Shown: in pieces, positions 63,019 to 64,000 of the stretch | Position numbering within the stretch: position 1 is the first letter of the stretch | Layout: each line of letters begins with the position of its first letter | Source: the human T2T-CHM13v2.0 reference genome, Homo sapiens | Direction: 5' to 3' (one strand) | Length of the DNA stretch: 64,000 nucleotides | NCBI RefSeq assembly: GCF_009914755.1 | Contig: NC_060931.1 | The notes under the pieces: generated by a model | Database searches by the model: none | What the model saw: only the letters and a program-made list of their open reading frames with translations | Told to the model about the DNA's origin: nothing | Position numbers and translations under genes: made by a program

Positions 63019-63461
63019 GGACCAGATGGCCTTTCTGAATCCTTTCTAGTAGGTGATTCTCTCTCCTGGAGAAACTCTTTCCTTAAAGCTTGCTTTTTTT
63101 TTTTTTTTTTTTGCCAACCCTCAGAGCAGACAATCTATCTATAAAGTCAGATTTGAGTGGAGAATTAAAGGAATTATCTGAATAATTAAAACAAGAACAC
63201 TAATATCTTTGAAAAGGCTATTTAAGACTTAATGATGCCTACAACCATTTACTTGTTAAAGTCTACTTAAATATTTATTCTACATTGCTAGCGCTCCAGA
63301 CATACATGCATATCTTATTAGTGGATTCATTCAAAATATTCACACACATGGAATAAACTCAAGAACATAATAACTCCTAAATAGGCTTTGATCAGAAAAA
63401 ATACCATTTTCAAGGAACAGAAAACCAGTTTGAATATAACAATCATAAATTTGGTTCCTAC

Positions 63462-63577
63462 CTGACACATACTCTGTGAGGAGCTTCTGCAACAGTGGTA
63501 CATTTTCAAGATAAAGTTCTAAGTTCTAGTTCTAAGAGGCAGTGTCCATCCACTCAGGTCTACAGGCTCTGTGTGCA
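63462..63577 (-). other. SLC26A3: SLC26A3 non-coding exon 1 (TSS approximate)
   Basis: Donor tcag|gtagga at 63461; TATA element just upstream; matches my recollection of the DRA mRNA leader. Confidence 0.8.
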
Positions 63578-63596
63578 TCCATATGCATAGGGATGT

Positions 63597-63720
63597 CTAT
63601 ATATAGGCTATGTAAGACAGTGGACAAATTACCTTTCTGTCAGCTTTAATAATTAACTCTCATTAACTTTTACAACAATGAAAAGACTGCAATGTGGTCT
63701 TGACCTTTGAGACTTTGATC
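63597..63720 (-). promoter_or_regulatory. SLC26A3: SLC26A3 proximal promoter: TATA, HNF1-like and HNF4/DR1-like sites
   Basis: CTATATATAG 63597-63606; GTTAATTATTAAA (- strand, 63645-63657); TGACCTTTG 63701-63709. Confidence 0.7.
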
Positions 63721-64000
63721 AGCAGAAGTGATGATGAAGATTGCTTCCTCAAGTTCCTTGTGAGATTAAACCACCAGTGGGTGGTTTAATGCACTTGTGT
63801 GTACGTAATTTCATTGGTTTGCAGAGATTGCACAGCAGATGCTCACGTGTACTTAAAAAAAAAAAGAATCTTCTCAAGGGTTATCTCCTTGACATTTCAC
63901 CAACCTGTTTAGATGAGAGTTTAGTGGTGGTGTTTTTTGGCTGGATGACTCCATGGAATCTGTCATGGGCTGCAGAAGTGTGGTGTATAGGTTAACTCCT

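Overview
Primate, almost certainly human (7q22-31), genomic DNA containing two complete, convergently transcribed spliced genes. CBLL1 (Hakai; RING/HYB E3 ligase and m6A-writer accessory subunit) is on the + strand: 6 coding exons from 4599 to 19613, 491 aa, with a CpG-island promoter. SLC26A3 (DRA, intestinal Cl-/HCO3- exchanger) is on the - strand: 21 exons from ~63577 to ~25905, 764 aa, with a TATA/HNF1/HNF4-type promoter. I read all exon boundaries from GT-AG sites, and both spliced frames close exactly (1476 nt and 2295 nt). The rest is introns and intergenic DNA with Alu, L1, L2, MIR, MaLR LTR and hAT/mariner fossils plus microsatellites; repeat subfamily names are by-eye calls. I found no convincing new multi-gene system. 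The most interesting unexplained structures are: a ~140-bp non-Alu inverted repeat in SLC26A3 intron 6; an inverted Alu pair tightly bracketing the in-frame STAS exon 17; a 17-nt+polyA micro-retroinsertion with perfect TSDs; uORFs in the SLC26A3 leader; a competing CBLL1 acceptor that would give a RING-only protein; and a twin-primed L1.
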